DNA from: Flavobacteriales bacterium
GTDB lineage: Bacteria; Bacteroidota; Bacteroidia; Flavobacteriales_F; PHOS-HE28
Direction: 5' to 3'
NCBI GenBank assembly: GCA_031421755.1
Contig: JANOPI010000575.1
Location: forward strand, 891 to 64,890
Length of the DNA stretch: 64,000 bases
The notes under the pieces are model-generated. The model was not told the origin of the DNA, did no database searches, and worked only from the letters and a program-made list of their open reading frames with translations. Shown piece after piece: positions 35,238 to 43,358 of the stretch; position 1 is the stretch's first letter, and each line of letters opens with the position of its first letter. A program made the translations under genes and the position numbers.

Positions 35238-38200
35238 AGAAGCACCTGTGGATCGTTGGTGACTTCCCGTCCATCACGGACCTGGAGCGCGGTACGCCGT
35301 TCCAGAGCAAGCGGGACGGCATGCTCCGCAAGGTGTTGTTCGAGGCCGTTGGTGCCACACCGGAGCTGGTCCATTACGATGTGCTGTTCCCCGATATCAC
35401 ACGCAACGACTGGGAGAAGACGCCGGCCAACAAACAGGGCAGCGATATCGAGGCCCACGTGCTCGCGTTGCACGCCCGCATCATAGAGGCCGCACCGCGC
35501 TGCGTGGTGGCCGTTGGGGGCGTGGCCATGCAAGCACTTTCCGGCATGAAGTCCGACCGCTTGAAGGACCACCGGGGCAAGATCCTGGACTTCCTGGGCG
35601 ATGCGCGGATCAAGGTGGTACCGGTGTGGGATAGCTACTTCGTGGAGCGTGTACGCACCCAGGTGACCCCGTACGCGAACGACCTGATGCGGGCCTGGAA
35701 CATCACCACGGGCAAGACCAGCGGGATCGGCAAGACCAACGTGGTCCTGGTGGACACCGAGGAAAAGTTCTATGAGCTGCTGAAGCACGTGGTGGACACC
35801 GGGGAGTTCTGTTTCGACTTTGAAACCACGGGGCTGGACGTGAACGCTGACGGCTTCGCAGCTACCGTGCTGTCTGTAGCATTCCAGCACGGGGGCGCGT
35901 GGATCATCCCATTGTCCCACAAGGACAGTCCCTTTACCGAGGTGCAGACGCACGCCTTCATGAACACGCTGCGCACGCGGGTGTTCATGAACCCGAACAT
36001 CCGCAAGACAGGTCACAACCTGAAGTATGACCTGCGGGTAGCGTGGAAGCTGTACGGGATCAACGACTGGTGCGGCCGCATGGATGACACCATGCTGATG
36101 AAGCATCTCTATGATGATACCACACCCAACGGCCTGAAGGATATCGTTGGCCAGTATTTCCCCGCGTTCGCCGGCTACGAGGATGAAGTGGGCCGGTACC
36201 AGTGGAACGATGTTCCGTTCAATGTGCTGATCGAGTACGCGGCATGTGATACGGATCTCACCTTCCGCATCCGCACGTTCCTGGAGGAACGGTTGCTGAA
36301 GGACATGAAATTGTACCGGCTCTACCGGAACCTTTCCATGGGCCTGTTGCCGGTGTTGACCGATATCGAGATGCGCGGCATCCTGATCGACCGCAAGAAG
36401 CTGATCAAGAACATCGGCCGCGCGGAGGAACTGATCGATGCGAAGATCAAGAAGCTGCAACGCTACCCGGAGGTGCGTGCAGTGTCGAAGGTGGCCGTGG
36501 AACGTGCCAAGGAAAAGGAGATAGCCAAGATCCGCGAGACGTTGGCGACGATCAAACCGTTGAAGGATGGGGGCAAGGGTGCCCGTGAAACAAAGCTGCG
36601 GGGCAGACTCACCGGGCTAAAGAGTGGCGCGTTACAGGTTGACGTGGAAGCGTTCAATTTCAATAGCCCTCCGCAGCTCGGTGAGCTGCTTTACACCAAG
36701 GCCGGCTTCGGATACAAGGAAGTGTGGGACGATCAGAAGAAAGGCCCCGCCCGCAAGACGGACAAGGACACGCTGACGCGGTTCGAGGATCCGAGCGGGT
36801 TCATCACCGACCTGTTGACGTTGCGATCGCTGACCAAAGTGAAGAGCACTTACCTCGTGGGGATCCTGGAGCGCCTGGACCGCGAGGACATGCTACACTC
36901 AACGTACCTCCAGCACGGGACATTTACCGGCCGCCTGAGCAGCAGGGATCCCAACCTCCAGAACATCCCGGACCCAGGCCGCGTGAAGTGGGAAGAGGCC
37001 CAACAGGTCAGTGCCTTTGTCAAAAACGCTTTCATTGTTCCGGAGGGGTTCACGATGTTACAGGTTGACTACAGCCAAGCGGAATTGCGCCTGATGGCCA
37101 TGTACGCGGGGGAGACTACCATGCTGGAGGCGTATGCCAACGGGGAGGATATCCACGCGCTCACTGCCGCGAAGTTGAACGGCATGACTCTTGAAAAGTT
37201 CAAGTCACTTGACCCGGACAAGATGAAGACGCTCCGGTACCATGCCAAGGCCGGCAACTTCGGGTTGATCTACGGCATGAGCGCCGAGGGGTTCAAGGAA
37301 TATGCGCAGAACGATTATGGGATCATCATGTCGCTGGAGGAGGCGACCCGCATCCGCAACACGTTTTTCCGCACGTATCCCGGCATCTTGGACTATCACG
37401 ATCTGTATGTGGCCAAGGCCCAGAAGTTCGGCTATGTCCGTACGTTCCTGGGCCGCATGCGTCACACCCCGGATATCCACGATCCCAACGAGTTTAAGCG
37501 GGCCATGGATGAACGTGTGGCCGTGAACTGTGTGACGGATGACACAAAGGCCCTCACACAACGGGGCTGGTTGTCCGTGGACGAACTACGAGAAGGCGAT
37601 CAGTTGTACACGGCGGATCCCGAAACGGGTATGGTGGAAGTGCAGCCTTGTCTGAAGGTTAACACAGGGCAGTGGGATGGTGATATGGTGGCCATTGAAA
37701 ACAATGCCATTAGTGTGGTGTCTACCCCCAACCACCGGTGGTTGGTGGATAGGAACAATGGCGGGAATATCACGCACAGGTTCACTGAGAGTTCCAAGCT
37801 GTCCAACCACGGTGATGACAGGATATGGGTCAGTGCCCCAAGTGACTTGAAGGGAAACGGCAAGTGGACTGATGCTGAAGTTGAGGTGATCGGGTGGGTG
37901 CTGACCGATGGGTATTACAAGAAAGCCAAAGGCAAGAACTGTTCAACCATCGCATTGACCCAATGCAAGGCGAAGAATTTTGAAGCCATTGCAAACTGTG
38001 TGGCAGCGGTGCCGGGGTCCAAGGGCGGCTATGTATCAAAGCGCGGTCAGCACCACTGGACTATCAGCGGTAATTTTGCGCGGCGTGTACGGTACATGAT
38101 GCCTGACAAGACGCTCACCCCAGCGTTCCTTGTGCAGTTGAGCACCAAGCAACTGGAATTGTTGTACAACACCATGTTGCTTGGTGATGGTAGCTACGAT

Positions 38201-38797
38201 GCGCATGCCGGTAGGTATCGCAGGTTCACGGCTGGAACTGAGGCACGTGCTGACGCTTTTCTGATGCTCTGCGCGATGATGGGGCAACCAGCGCATGCGT
38301 TTCCACGAGACATGAGCATGTATACACCCAAGTCCGACAAGCTGACTAACGTTCCTGTGATGGGTACAGTGTGGTTGGTGGAGTTGAAGCAGAGGGACAG
38401 GGCCTACGCCAACATTGGGAAGAGCACAGTGAAGTACACCGGCCGTGTGTGGTGCCCCACTGTTTTGAACGGCACGTGGATAGCCAAGCGGAATGGGAAG
38501 GTGTTCATCACAGGAAATTCACCCATACAAGGAGCGGCCGCCGAACTGACTTTGCTGGCCATCGTGATGCTGCGCCAGCGGCTCGATCCCCGGATCCGTA
38601 TGGTGAACACCGTGCATGACTCGATCTTTTTCTATGTGCCGGATGAACTGGTGGCCGATGCCGTGGGTACTATCCGCGCAACCTGTACGGATTTGCCTAC
38701 CGAGATGTATTTCGGCAAGCGCATCGAAGGCGTGACCATGGCGGTGGACGTGGAGTTCACCAAAGAAAATTGGGGATCAATGAAACCACTGCAATGA
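35234..38797 (+). CDS. family-A DNA polymerase with a UDG-family-4-like N-domain and 3'-5' exonuclease, interrupted by an intein
   Basis: Start MKKHLWIVGDFPS (ATGA overlap). UDG-like GDFPSITDLERGTPFQSKRDGML; Exo I FCFDFETTGLD; motif A DYSQAELRLMA; motif B RYHAKAGNFGLIYGMS; motif C VHDSIFF. Confidence 0.9.
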   Translation: MKKHLWIVGDFPSITDLERGTPFQSKRDGMLRKVLFEAVGATPELVHYDVLFPDITRNDWEKTPANKQGSDIEAHVLALHARIIEAAPRCVVAVGGVAMQALSGMKSDRLKDHRGKILDFLGDARIKVVPVWDSYFVERVRTQVTPYANDLMRAWNITTGKTSGIGKTNVVLVDTEEKFYELLKHVVDTGEFCFDFETTGLDVNADGFAATVLSVAFQHGGAWIIPLSHKDSPFTEVQTHAFMNTLRTRVFMNPNIRKTGHNLKYDLRVAWKLYGINDWCGRMDDTMLMKHLYDDTTPNGLKDIVGQYFPAFAGYEDEVGRYQWNDVPFNVLIEYAACDTDLTFRIRTFLEERLLKDMKLYRLYRNLSMGLLPVLTDIEMRGILIDRKKLIKNIGRAEELIDAKIKKLQRYPEVRAVSKVAVERAKEKEIAKIRETLATIKPLKDGGKGARETKLRGRLTGLKSGALQVDVEAFNFNSPPQLGELLYTKAGFGYKEVWDDQKKGPARKTDKDTLTRFEDPSGFITDLLTLRSLTKVKSTYLVGILERLDREDMLHSTYLQHGTFTGRLSSRDPNLQNIPDPGRVKWEEAQQVSAFVKNAFIVPEGFTMLQVDYSQAELRLMAMYAGETTMLEAYANGEDIHALTAAKLNGMTLEKFKSLDPDKMKTLRYHAKAGNFGLIYGMSAEGFKEYAQNDYGIIMSLEEATRIRNTFFRTYPGILDYHDLYVAKAQKFGYVRTFLGRMRHTPDIHDPNEFKRAMDERVAVNCVTDDTKALTQRGWLSVDELREGDQLYTADPETGMVEVQPCLKVNTGQWDGDMVAIENNAISVVSTPNHRWLVDRNNGGNITHRFTESSKLSNHGDDRIWVSAPSDLKGNGKWTDAEVEVIGWVLTDGYYKKAKGKNCSTIALTQCKAKNFEAIANCVAAVPGSKGGYVSKRGQHHWTISGNFARRVRYMMPDKTLTPAFLVQLSTKQLELLYNTMLLGDGSYDAHAGRYRRFTAGTEARADAFLMLCAMMGQPAHAFPRDMSMYTPKSDKLTNVPVMGTVWLVELKQRDRAYANIGKSTVKYTGRVWCPTVLNGTWIAKRNGKVFITGNSPIQGAAAELTLLAIVMLRQRLDPRIRMVNTVHDSIFFYVPDELVADAVGTIRATCTDLPTEMYFGKRIEGVTMAVDVEFTKENWGSMKPLQ
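37529..38518 (+). mobile_element. intein (330 aa) with a LAGLIDADG homing endonuclease, inserted in ..ERVAVN|SPIQGAAAE..
   Basis: Starts CVTDDTKAL. Block B is STPNHRWLV. LAGLIDADG-like motifs GWVLTDGYY and LLGDGSY. Ends VFITGN followed by +1 Ser. Visibly more AT-rich than the flanks. The insertion splits the conserved N-x-P-(I/V)-Q-G pol motif. Confidence 0.85.
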
Positions 38798-39261
38798 GCG
38801 GACGGAGCCCATACAAGACGAAGCGGTTGGCATTTGAGGCCAATGTGACGAAGCACGAAAACGGGTGCTGGTTGTGGAATGGCGCGGTAGTCAATGGCTA
38901 TCCTGTTTTCACTCATAGACCATCGGGCCTTGTGAAAGTCAGTGCCACCAGACTCTCCTGGAGTTTGTACAAAGGCAAGAAGTTGAAGTCCCACGAGTGG
39001 GCATTGCACAAGTGTGATACACCACGTTGTGTTAACCCTGAGCATTTGTTCAAGGGCGACCACGTAAGCAATATGTTGGACATGGTAGCCAAGGGTCGAT
39101 TCTTGAAGGGGGAGAAGAATCCCGGTGTGAAACTGACAGCCGAGAAGGTTGTAGCGATACGCGTGGACAACAGAAGCCGATCGGTTATAGCCGGGCAGTA
39201 TGGTATAGCTGCCAACACGGTGGGCATGATAAAAAGGAAAGAACGTTGGGCACACGTGTAG
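38794..39261 (+). CDS. free-standing HNH homing endonuclease
   Basis: Start at ATG 38794 (ATGA overlap with the polymerase stop). GCWLWNGAVVNGYP..HKCDTPRCVNPEHLFKGDHVSN plus a C-terminal HTH-like IAGQYGIAANTVGMIKRKERW. AT-richer. Confidence 0.8.
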   Translation: MSGRSPYKTKRLAFEANVTKHENGCWLWNGAVVNGYPVFTHRPSGLVKVSATRLSWSLYKGKKLKSHEWALHKCDTPRCVNPEHLFKGDHVSNMLDMVAKGRFLKGEKNPGVKLTAEKVVAIRVDNRSRSVIAGQYGIAANTVGMIKRKERWAHV

Positions 39262-39278
39262 CCCTTTCAAATAGAAAC

Positions 39279-39296
39279 CAACAACAACAACAACAA
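39279..39296 (+). repeat. (CAA)6 microsatellite in the SSB leader
   Basis: caacaacaacaacaacaa read directly. The surrounding leader is A/C-only up to ATG 39316. Confidence 0.9.
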
Positions 39297-39315
39297 CCAA
39301 CACCCGCAGCACAAA

Positions 39316-40548
39316 ATGGCACTGAACATGGCGGCCCTGAACAAGATCCAGAAGGGCATGGATGAAGAGGCAGGAGGGGGGAACCTCTTCTTCCCTCAAA
39401 AGAAGATCGGCGCGGAGACGAGCATCCGCATCCTTCCACCGTTACCTATCCTGAACGGGATGTATTTCCGTCCAGCGGTGAAGTGGTGGATCAACAAGAA
39501 ACCCTACCAGTCGCTGGAGACGTTCGGTGAGGAGTGTCCCATCACCGCGTACATCGCGGAGATGACCGAGAAGCTGGCCAAGAAAGAGAACCCCGAGCTG
39601 CACGCGCTGTTGAGCAACAAGCGCCTGTTGAAGAAGTCGCGGGAGTTCTACATGCCCATCCTCCTGCTGGATGATGATGGCAAGCCGAGCGGCCCCGCCA
39701 AGGTGTTCCAGTGCGGCCCCGTGGTGATGCGCGAGATCAACAAGATCATCACGCACCGCTTCAACCAGAACGACACGGAGAACGGACCCCTTGACCGCAA
39801 GCTGGGCAAGAACATCATGCTGTCCAAGACCGGTGAGGAACTGAACACCGAGTACAAGGCGATGGCATGGCCGGAGGCAGCGGTGATGCCGAAGGAATAC
39901 TACCAGACCGACAAGATCCCGAACGTTCACGAGATCATCGAGAAGCAGCGCAAGAGCGAGGAGTATCTGTTGAGCGTGATCAAGAACTACTTCCACGGTA
40001 CCCCGATCCTGGAGGAGGACGGTGACGAGGATGATGACGCACCGCGTGCCAAGAAGAGCACCACGGTGGTGAAGGGCAAGGCCACGAGCGCCGGCACCAG
40101 CAAACGCGATCCAGTGGCAGATATGGCGCGCATGGCCCAGGTGGACGAGGATGATGAAGATGATGCGCCCAAGGCCAAGAAAAAGGCCGCTCCTGCCGAC
40201 GATGATGACGAGGACGATGATGCGCCGAAGCCGAAAAAGAAGGCTGCACCGGTGGACGATGATGATGACGAGGACACGGCCAAGGATGACGACGAGGACG
40301 ATGATGACGAGCCCGTGAAGCCGAAGAAGAAAGCTGCGCCCGTTGACGACGACGACGAGGACGAAGATGATGCACCGAAAAAGCCGGCGAAGAAGGCCGC
40401 GCCGGTGGATGATGACGACGATGATGATGACGAAGCAGATGCGAAGCCCAAGAAAAAGGCCGCCGCAGCATCTACGCCAGCCAAGTCAGCAACCAAGCCG
40501 AAGGGCGGCAAAGGCAAGTCCGACATCGCTGATCTGGACGACGAGTGA
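39316..40548 (+). CDS. gp32-like single-stranded DNA-binding protein with a repetitive acidic/basic tail
   Basis: TSIRILPP.., KWWINKKPYQSLETFGEECPITAYI, FYMPILLL and AKVFQCGPVVMREINKII parallel T4 gp32 blocks ([49 protein letters not shown]). Confidence 0.65.
   Translation: MALNMAALNKIQKGMDEEAGGGNLFFPQKKIGAETSIRILPPLPILNGMYFRPAVKWWINKKPYQSLETFGEECPITAYIAEMTEKLAKKENPELHALLSNKRLLKKSREFYMPILLLDDDGKPSGPAKVFQCGPVVMREINKIITHRFNQNDTENGPLDRKLGKNIMLSKTGEELNTEYKAMAWPEAAVMPKEYYQTDKIPNVHEIIEKQRKSEEYLLSVIKNYFHGTPILEEDGDEDDDAPRAKKSTTVVKGKATSAGTSKRDPVADMARMAQVDEDDEDDAPKAKKKAAPADDDDEDDDAPKPKKKAAPVDDDDDEDTAKDDDEDDDDEPVKPKKKAAPVDDDDEDEDDAPKKPAKKAAPVDDDDDDDDEADAKPKKKAAAASTPAKSATKPKGGKGKSDIADLDDE
40141..40470 (+). 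repeat. about 5 tandem degenerate ~60-bp units encoding poly-D/E followed by APKxKKKAAP(V/A)
   Basis: DEDDEDDAPKAKKKAAPA / DDDDEDDDAPKPKKKAAPV / ..DDDEDDDDEPVKPKKKAAPV / DDDDEDEDDAPKKPAKKAAPV / DDDDDDDDEADAKPKKKAAAA. Confidence 0.8.
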
Positions 40549-40572
40549 TCCCAACAAAGGACACCAAGCAAC

Positions 40573-41046
40573 GTGGCTGACACGAGGATCATCGACTGGA
40601 GCGGGTTTGCCTCGGGCAACTTCCGAACCCTGGACCTGGAGCACCCCGCACTCGCTGCGAGGGTGCTCCGGCCCTGGGTGGGCAAGCGACTGCTGATCAA
40701 TATCAGCATCTTCCGCAAGCGCCGCAGTCTTCAGCAGAACCGGTACATGTGGGGGCCGTTCATCACTTGCGTGCGCACGTGGCTGCTTGAAAAGGATGGG
40801 CACGCTCCCAGCAAGGAGGGGGTGTACGTTCGGCTACGTGAGATCGTGGGGCACGAGGTGCGCATTGAAAAGATCCTGGGAAAAGATACCATCTCCATGA
40901 CGGGGAAGAGCTTTTCCCAGATGAACACGGTGGAGTTCAACGAAGCGATCGAGTTCCTGCGGGAGTGGTTCCGCTTGAAGGGTTGCGATATACCAGAGCC
41001 CAAGGGTGACTGCCTTTGGAGCGATTACGCAGAGGAATATGACTAA
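40573..41046 (+). CDS. NinB/Orf-like recombination mediator
   Basis: GTG start. RKRRSLQQNRYMWGPF..TGKSFSQMNTVEFNEAIEFLREW parallels lambda NinB RNRSLDQNRKLWACL..GQSTSRMRVGEFAELLELIQAF. Confidence 0.55.
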   Translation: MADTRIIDWSGFASGNFRTLDLEHPALAARVLRPWVGKRLLINISIFRKRRSLQQNRYMWGPFITCVRTWLLEKDGHAPSKEGVYVRLREIVGHEVRIEKILGKDTISMTGKSFSQMNTVEFNEAIEFLREWFRLKGCDIPEPKGDCLWSDYAEEYD

Positions 41047-42046
41047 GGAAAAAGGGAAGAGGATCCTGGTGGTGGCCGATCCGCACATCCACAACTACAG
41101 TGCCTTCGACAAGGACGGTAGCCGGCTGGCGAACTGTATCCGCTTGATCGAAGAGGTGATCGAACGCGCACGGATCGAACGTATCGATACCATCGTGTGC
41201 TGCGGTGACTTCTTCGACAAACCGGTGATGCCAGCGGCGGTGGTCAATGCTGCGGCCAAGGTGATCAACTCACTGCCCGAGGCCGTGACATTCCTCACGA
41301 TCAGCGGGAACCATGACATGTACACCACGCCCCGCTTCGGTGAGAAGAAGGGCACCGCCGTTGATTACTTGGCGGAGCTGTGCCCACGGTTCAAGGTGTT
41401 CGATGATCTGAGCGTGCAGGTGAGCGAGGACTGTGTGCTGTTCGGTATACCTTACTACGATGATGCTGGGGAGTTCAGCAAGGCCCTGGACAGCGCATGT
41501 GATGAAGCGCGCGCTATGTGGGCTACGGACATCTACAAGATCCTGGTGATACACCAGACCCCGGTGGGCCTGGACAATACCATGATCCAAACGGATACGG
41601 ACCCCAACGATCCCCGCTATGACCAGTTCGACCTTGTGCTGTGTGGTCACATACACATGCGCCAGTTCATCACGCCTACGTTCGTTGTGGCCGGCACGCC
41701 GATACATCGGAGCGCGGAGGACGCTGGCCAGGAGAAAGGCTACTTCATCGTGGAGACAGGTCGCGCGGTCAAGGGCATGCCGGCGAAAGAGGTGATGCAC
41801 TTTGTGAGCACGCGCGGCCGCTACCCGGAGTTCAAGGTGATCAACGAGGGTGAAGAGACGAAGGTGGGGGCTACCGACTTCGTGATAGTCAAGCCCCAGA
41901 AGGTGGAGTTCAAGACCAAGGCCGCGAGCGCCGCCGACTTCGGTGCCGGCGTGTCACCGATGGACCTTGTGACGGCGTACTGGAAAGAGGTAGGCCAGGG
42001 TGACGAGCAACTGTTGAAGGTCGGGTTGAAACTCCTACAGGCATGA
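41039..42046 (+). CDS. Mre11/SbcD-like nuclease (T4 gp47-like)
   Basis: Start MTKEKGKRILVVADPHIHN. Calcineurin-like motifs DPH, CCGDFFD and SGNHD. Confidence 0.85.
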   Translation: MTKEKGKRILVVADPHIHNYSAFDKDGSRLANCIRLIEEVIERARIERIDTIVCCGDFFDKPVMPAAVVNAAAKVINSLPEAVTFLTISGNHDMYTTPRFGEKKGTAVDYLAELCPRFKVFDDLSVQVSEDCVLFGIPYYDDAGEFSKALDSACDEARAMWATDIYKILVIHQTPVGLDNTMIQTDTDPNDPRYDQFDLVLCGHIHMRQFITPTFVVAGTPIHRSAEDAGQEKGYFIVETGRAVKGMPAKEVMHFVSTRGRYPEFKVINEGEETKVGATDFVIVKPQKVEFKTKAASAADFGAGVSPMDLVTAYWKEVGQGDEQLLKVGLKLLQA

Positions 42047-42465
42047 TGGAAGGGTTGAGCAAGGAGATCGAGGCGCTGTATGTGCTGCTGTCCGAAGAGG
42101 TCCACAAGGCGGATCCCGTGGGCAAGGTGCTGCAAACGGTCAATGCCGAGTGGCCCAACGTGGCCACCATGCACCTGAGCTACACCCTGGGCAAGCGGCC
42201 GCGCATCATCGCCATCGTGGTGGAACTGGAGGCCAAGCCGACGCTGTACAGCATCTATTGGCCGTGCGAGGTGAACCCCGCCAAGGTGGAGAAGGCCATG
42301 ATGACAACAGGGAAAGTTCCCGCTGAGATGCGACTGGTCGCGAGCGACCTGCGCGAAGCGGTCAGCATAGTACGATCGATAGTTCTGACGGAGTTCATAA
42401 ACCAAAAAGCCCAAGATGGCAACGAAGAAGAAAGGCCCGCCGGCGGCGAAAAAGCCGGCACATAA
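42043..42465 (+). CDS. hypothetical protein
   Basis: 140-aa ORF with an ATGA overlap upstream. Its 3' end overlaps the ParB-like start by 50 nt. Confidence 0.5.
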   Translation: MMEGLSKEIEALYVLLSEEVHKADPVGKVLQTVNAEWPNVATMHLSYTLGKRPRIIAIVVELEAKPTLYSIYWPCEVNPAKVEKAMMTTGKVPAEMRLVASDLREAVSIVRSIVLTEFINQKAQDGNEEERPAGGEKAGT

Positions 42466-43345
42466 GGTGCCTACCAAGAAGAAGGTAGCACCGGTGAAAA
42501 AGGAGGCACCTGTGAAGGATGAAGCCCCCGCGCCCGCAGAGGATCGTGACCGCCCAAAGCGCACGGACCTGCTACAGCTCACCCTGGATGATCTTGTGAT
42601 CATTGACGGCTTCAATGTCCGTTATGATATGGGCGACATCCCAGGGTTGGCCGAGTCCATCCGCGAAGTGGGTATCAAAGTCCCGCTGCGTGGCTACAAG
42701 ATCCCGAAGGGTGAGGAGAACGCCGGCAAGTATGCCATCGTGAACGGGCATCGCCGGTTCGAGGCCGCCAAGATCGTCGGTAAGACGAACCCGGACCTGC
42801 GTATCCCATTGCAACCCGAGAGCAACGGGTACAGCGAGGAGATGCGCACGCTGGACATGATCGTGACCAACGAGGGCAACAAGCTGAAGATGCTGGAGGA
42901 GGCCGAGGTGGTCCAGCGCATGCTTGCCTTCGGGTGGGACCGCCAACGCATCGCCAGCAGCATCGGCAAGACGGATCAGCACGTGGCCGACTGTGAGGTA
43001 CTGCTGACCATCCCCAAGAAGCTGAAGACGGCGATCAAGAAGAACGAAGTCGCTGCCACCACAGTGGTGCAGACCGTGCGCGAGTACAACGGTGACATGG
43101 AAGCCGTGGAAGGCGCGTTCTTCAAGGCCCAGGAGAAGGCCGGCCCCAAGAAAAAGGTGACGCCGAAGCACATCCCCAAGAAGAAGAGCAAGCCCACACT
43201 GGCCACGTTGAAGGACTTGATACCTGAGATCGAGGCCGCCAACCCCGGCAACAAGGGCAAGCGCATCGCCACGGTCCAACTGGTGATCGACTTCTTGGAC
43301 AACAAGCTGACCAGCGAGGACTTCATCGCCAAGCTGTACGAGTAG
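42416..43345 (+). CDS. ParB N-terminal-domain (ParB/Srx-like) protein
   Basis: Lys/Pro/Ala-rich N-tail, then LVIIDGFNVRYDMGDIPGLAESIREVGIKVPL..IVNGHRRFEAAK (GHRR box) and an HTH-like IASSIGKTDQHVADC. Confidence 0.7.
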   Translation: MATKKKGPPAAKKPAHKVPTKKKVAPVKKEAPVKDEAPAPAEDRDRPKRTDLLQLTLDDLVIIDGFNVRYDMGDIPGLAESIREVGIKVPLRGYKIPKGEENAGKYAIVNGHRRFEAAKIVGKTNPDLRIPLQPESNGYSEEMRTLDMIVTNEGNKLKMLEEAEVVQRMLAFGWDRQRIASSIGKTDQHVADCEVLLTIPKKLKTAIKKNEVAATTVVQTVREYNGDMEAVEGAFFKAQEKAGPKKKVTPKHIPKKKSKPTLATLKDLIPEIEAANPGNKGKRIATVQLVIDFLDNKLTSEDFIAKLYE

Positions 43346-43358
43346 ACCAACCTACCCC

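Noticed and set aside
39987-40718. A Ser-rich 243-aa minus-strand ORF and overlapping ORFs at 39980-40471 and 40343-40696.
   Set aside because: They lie opposite or out of frame with the GAT/GAC/AAG repeat tail of the SSB gene and are low-complexity artefacts.
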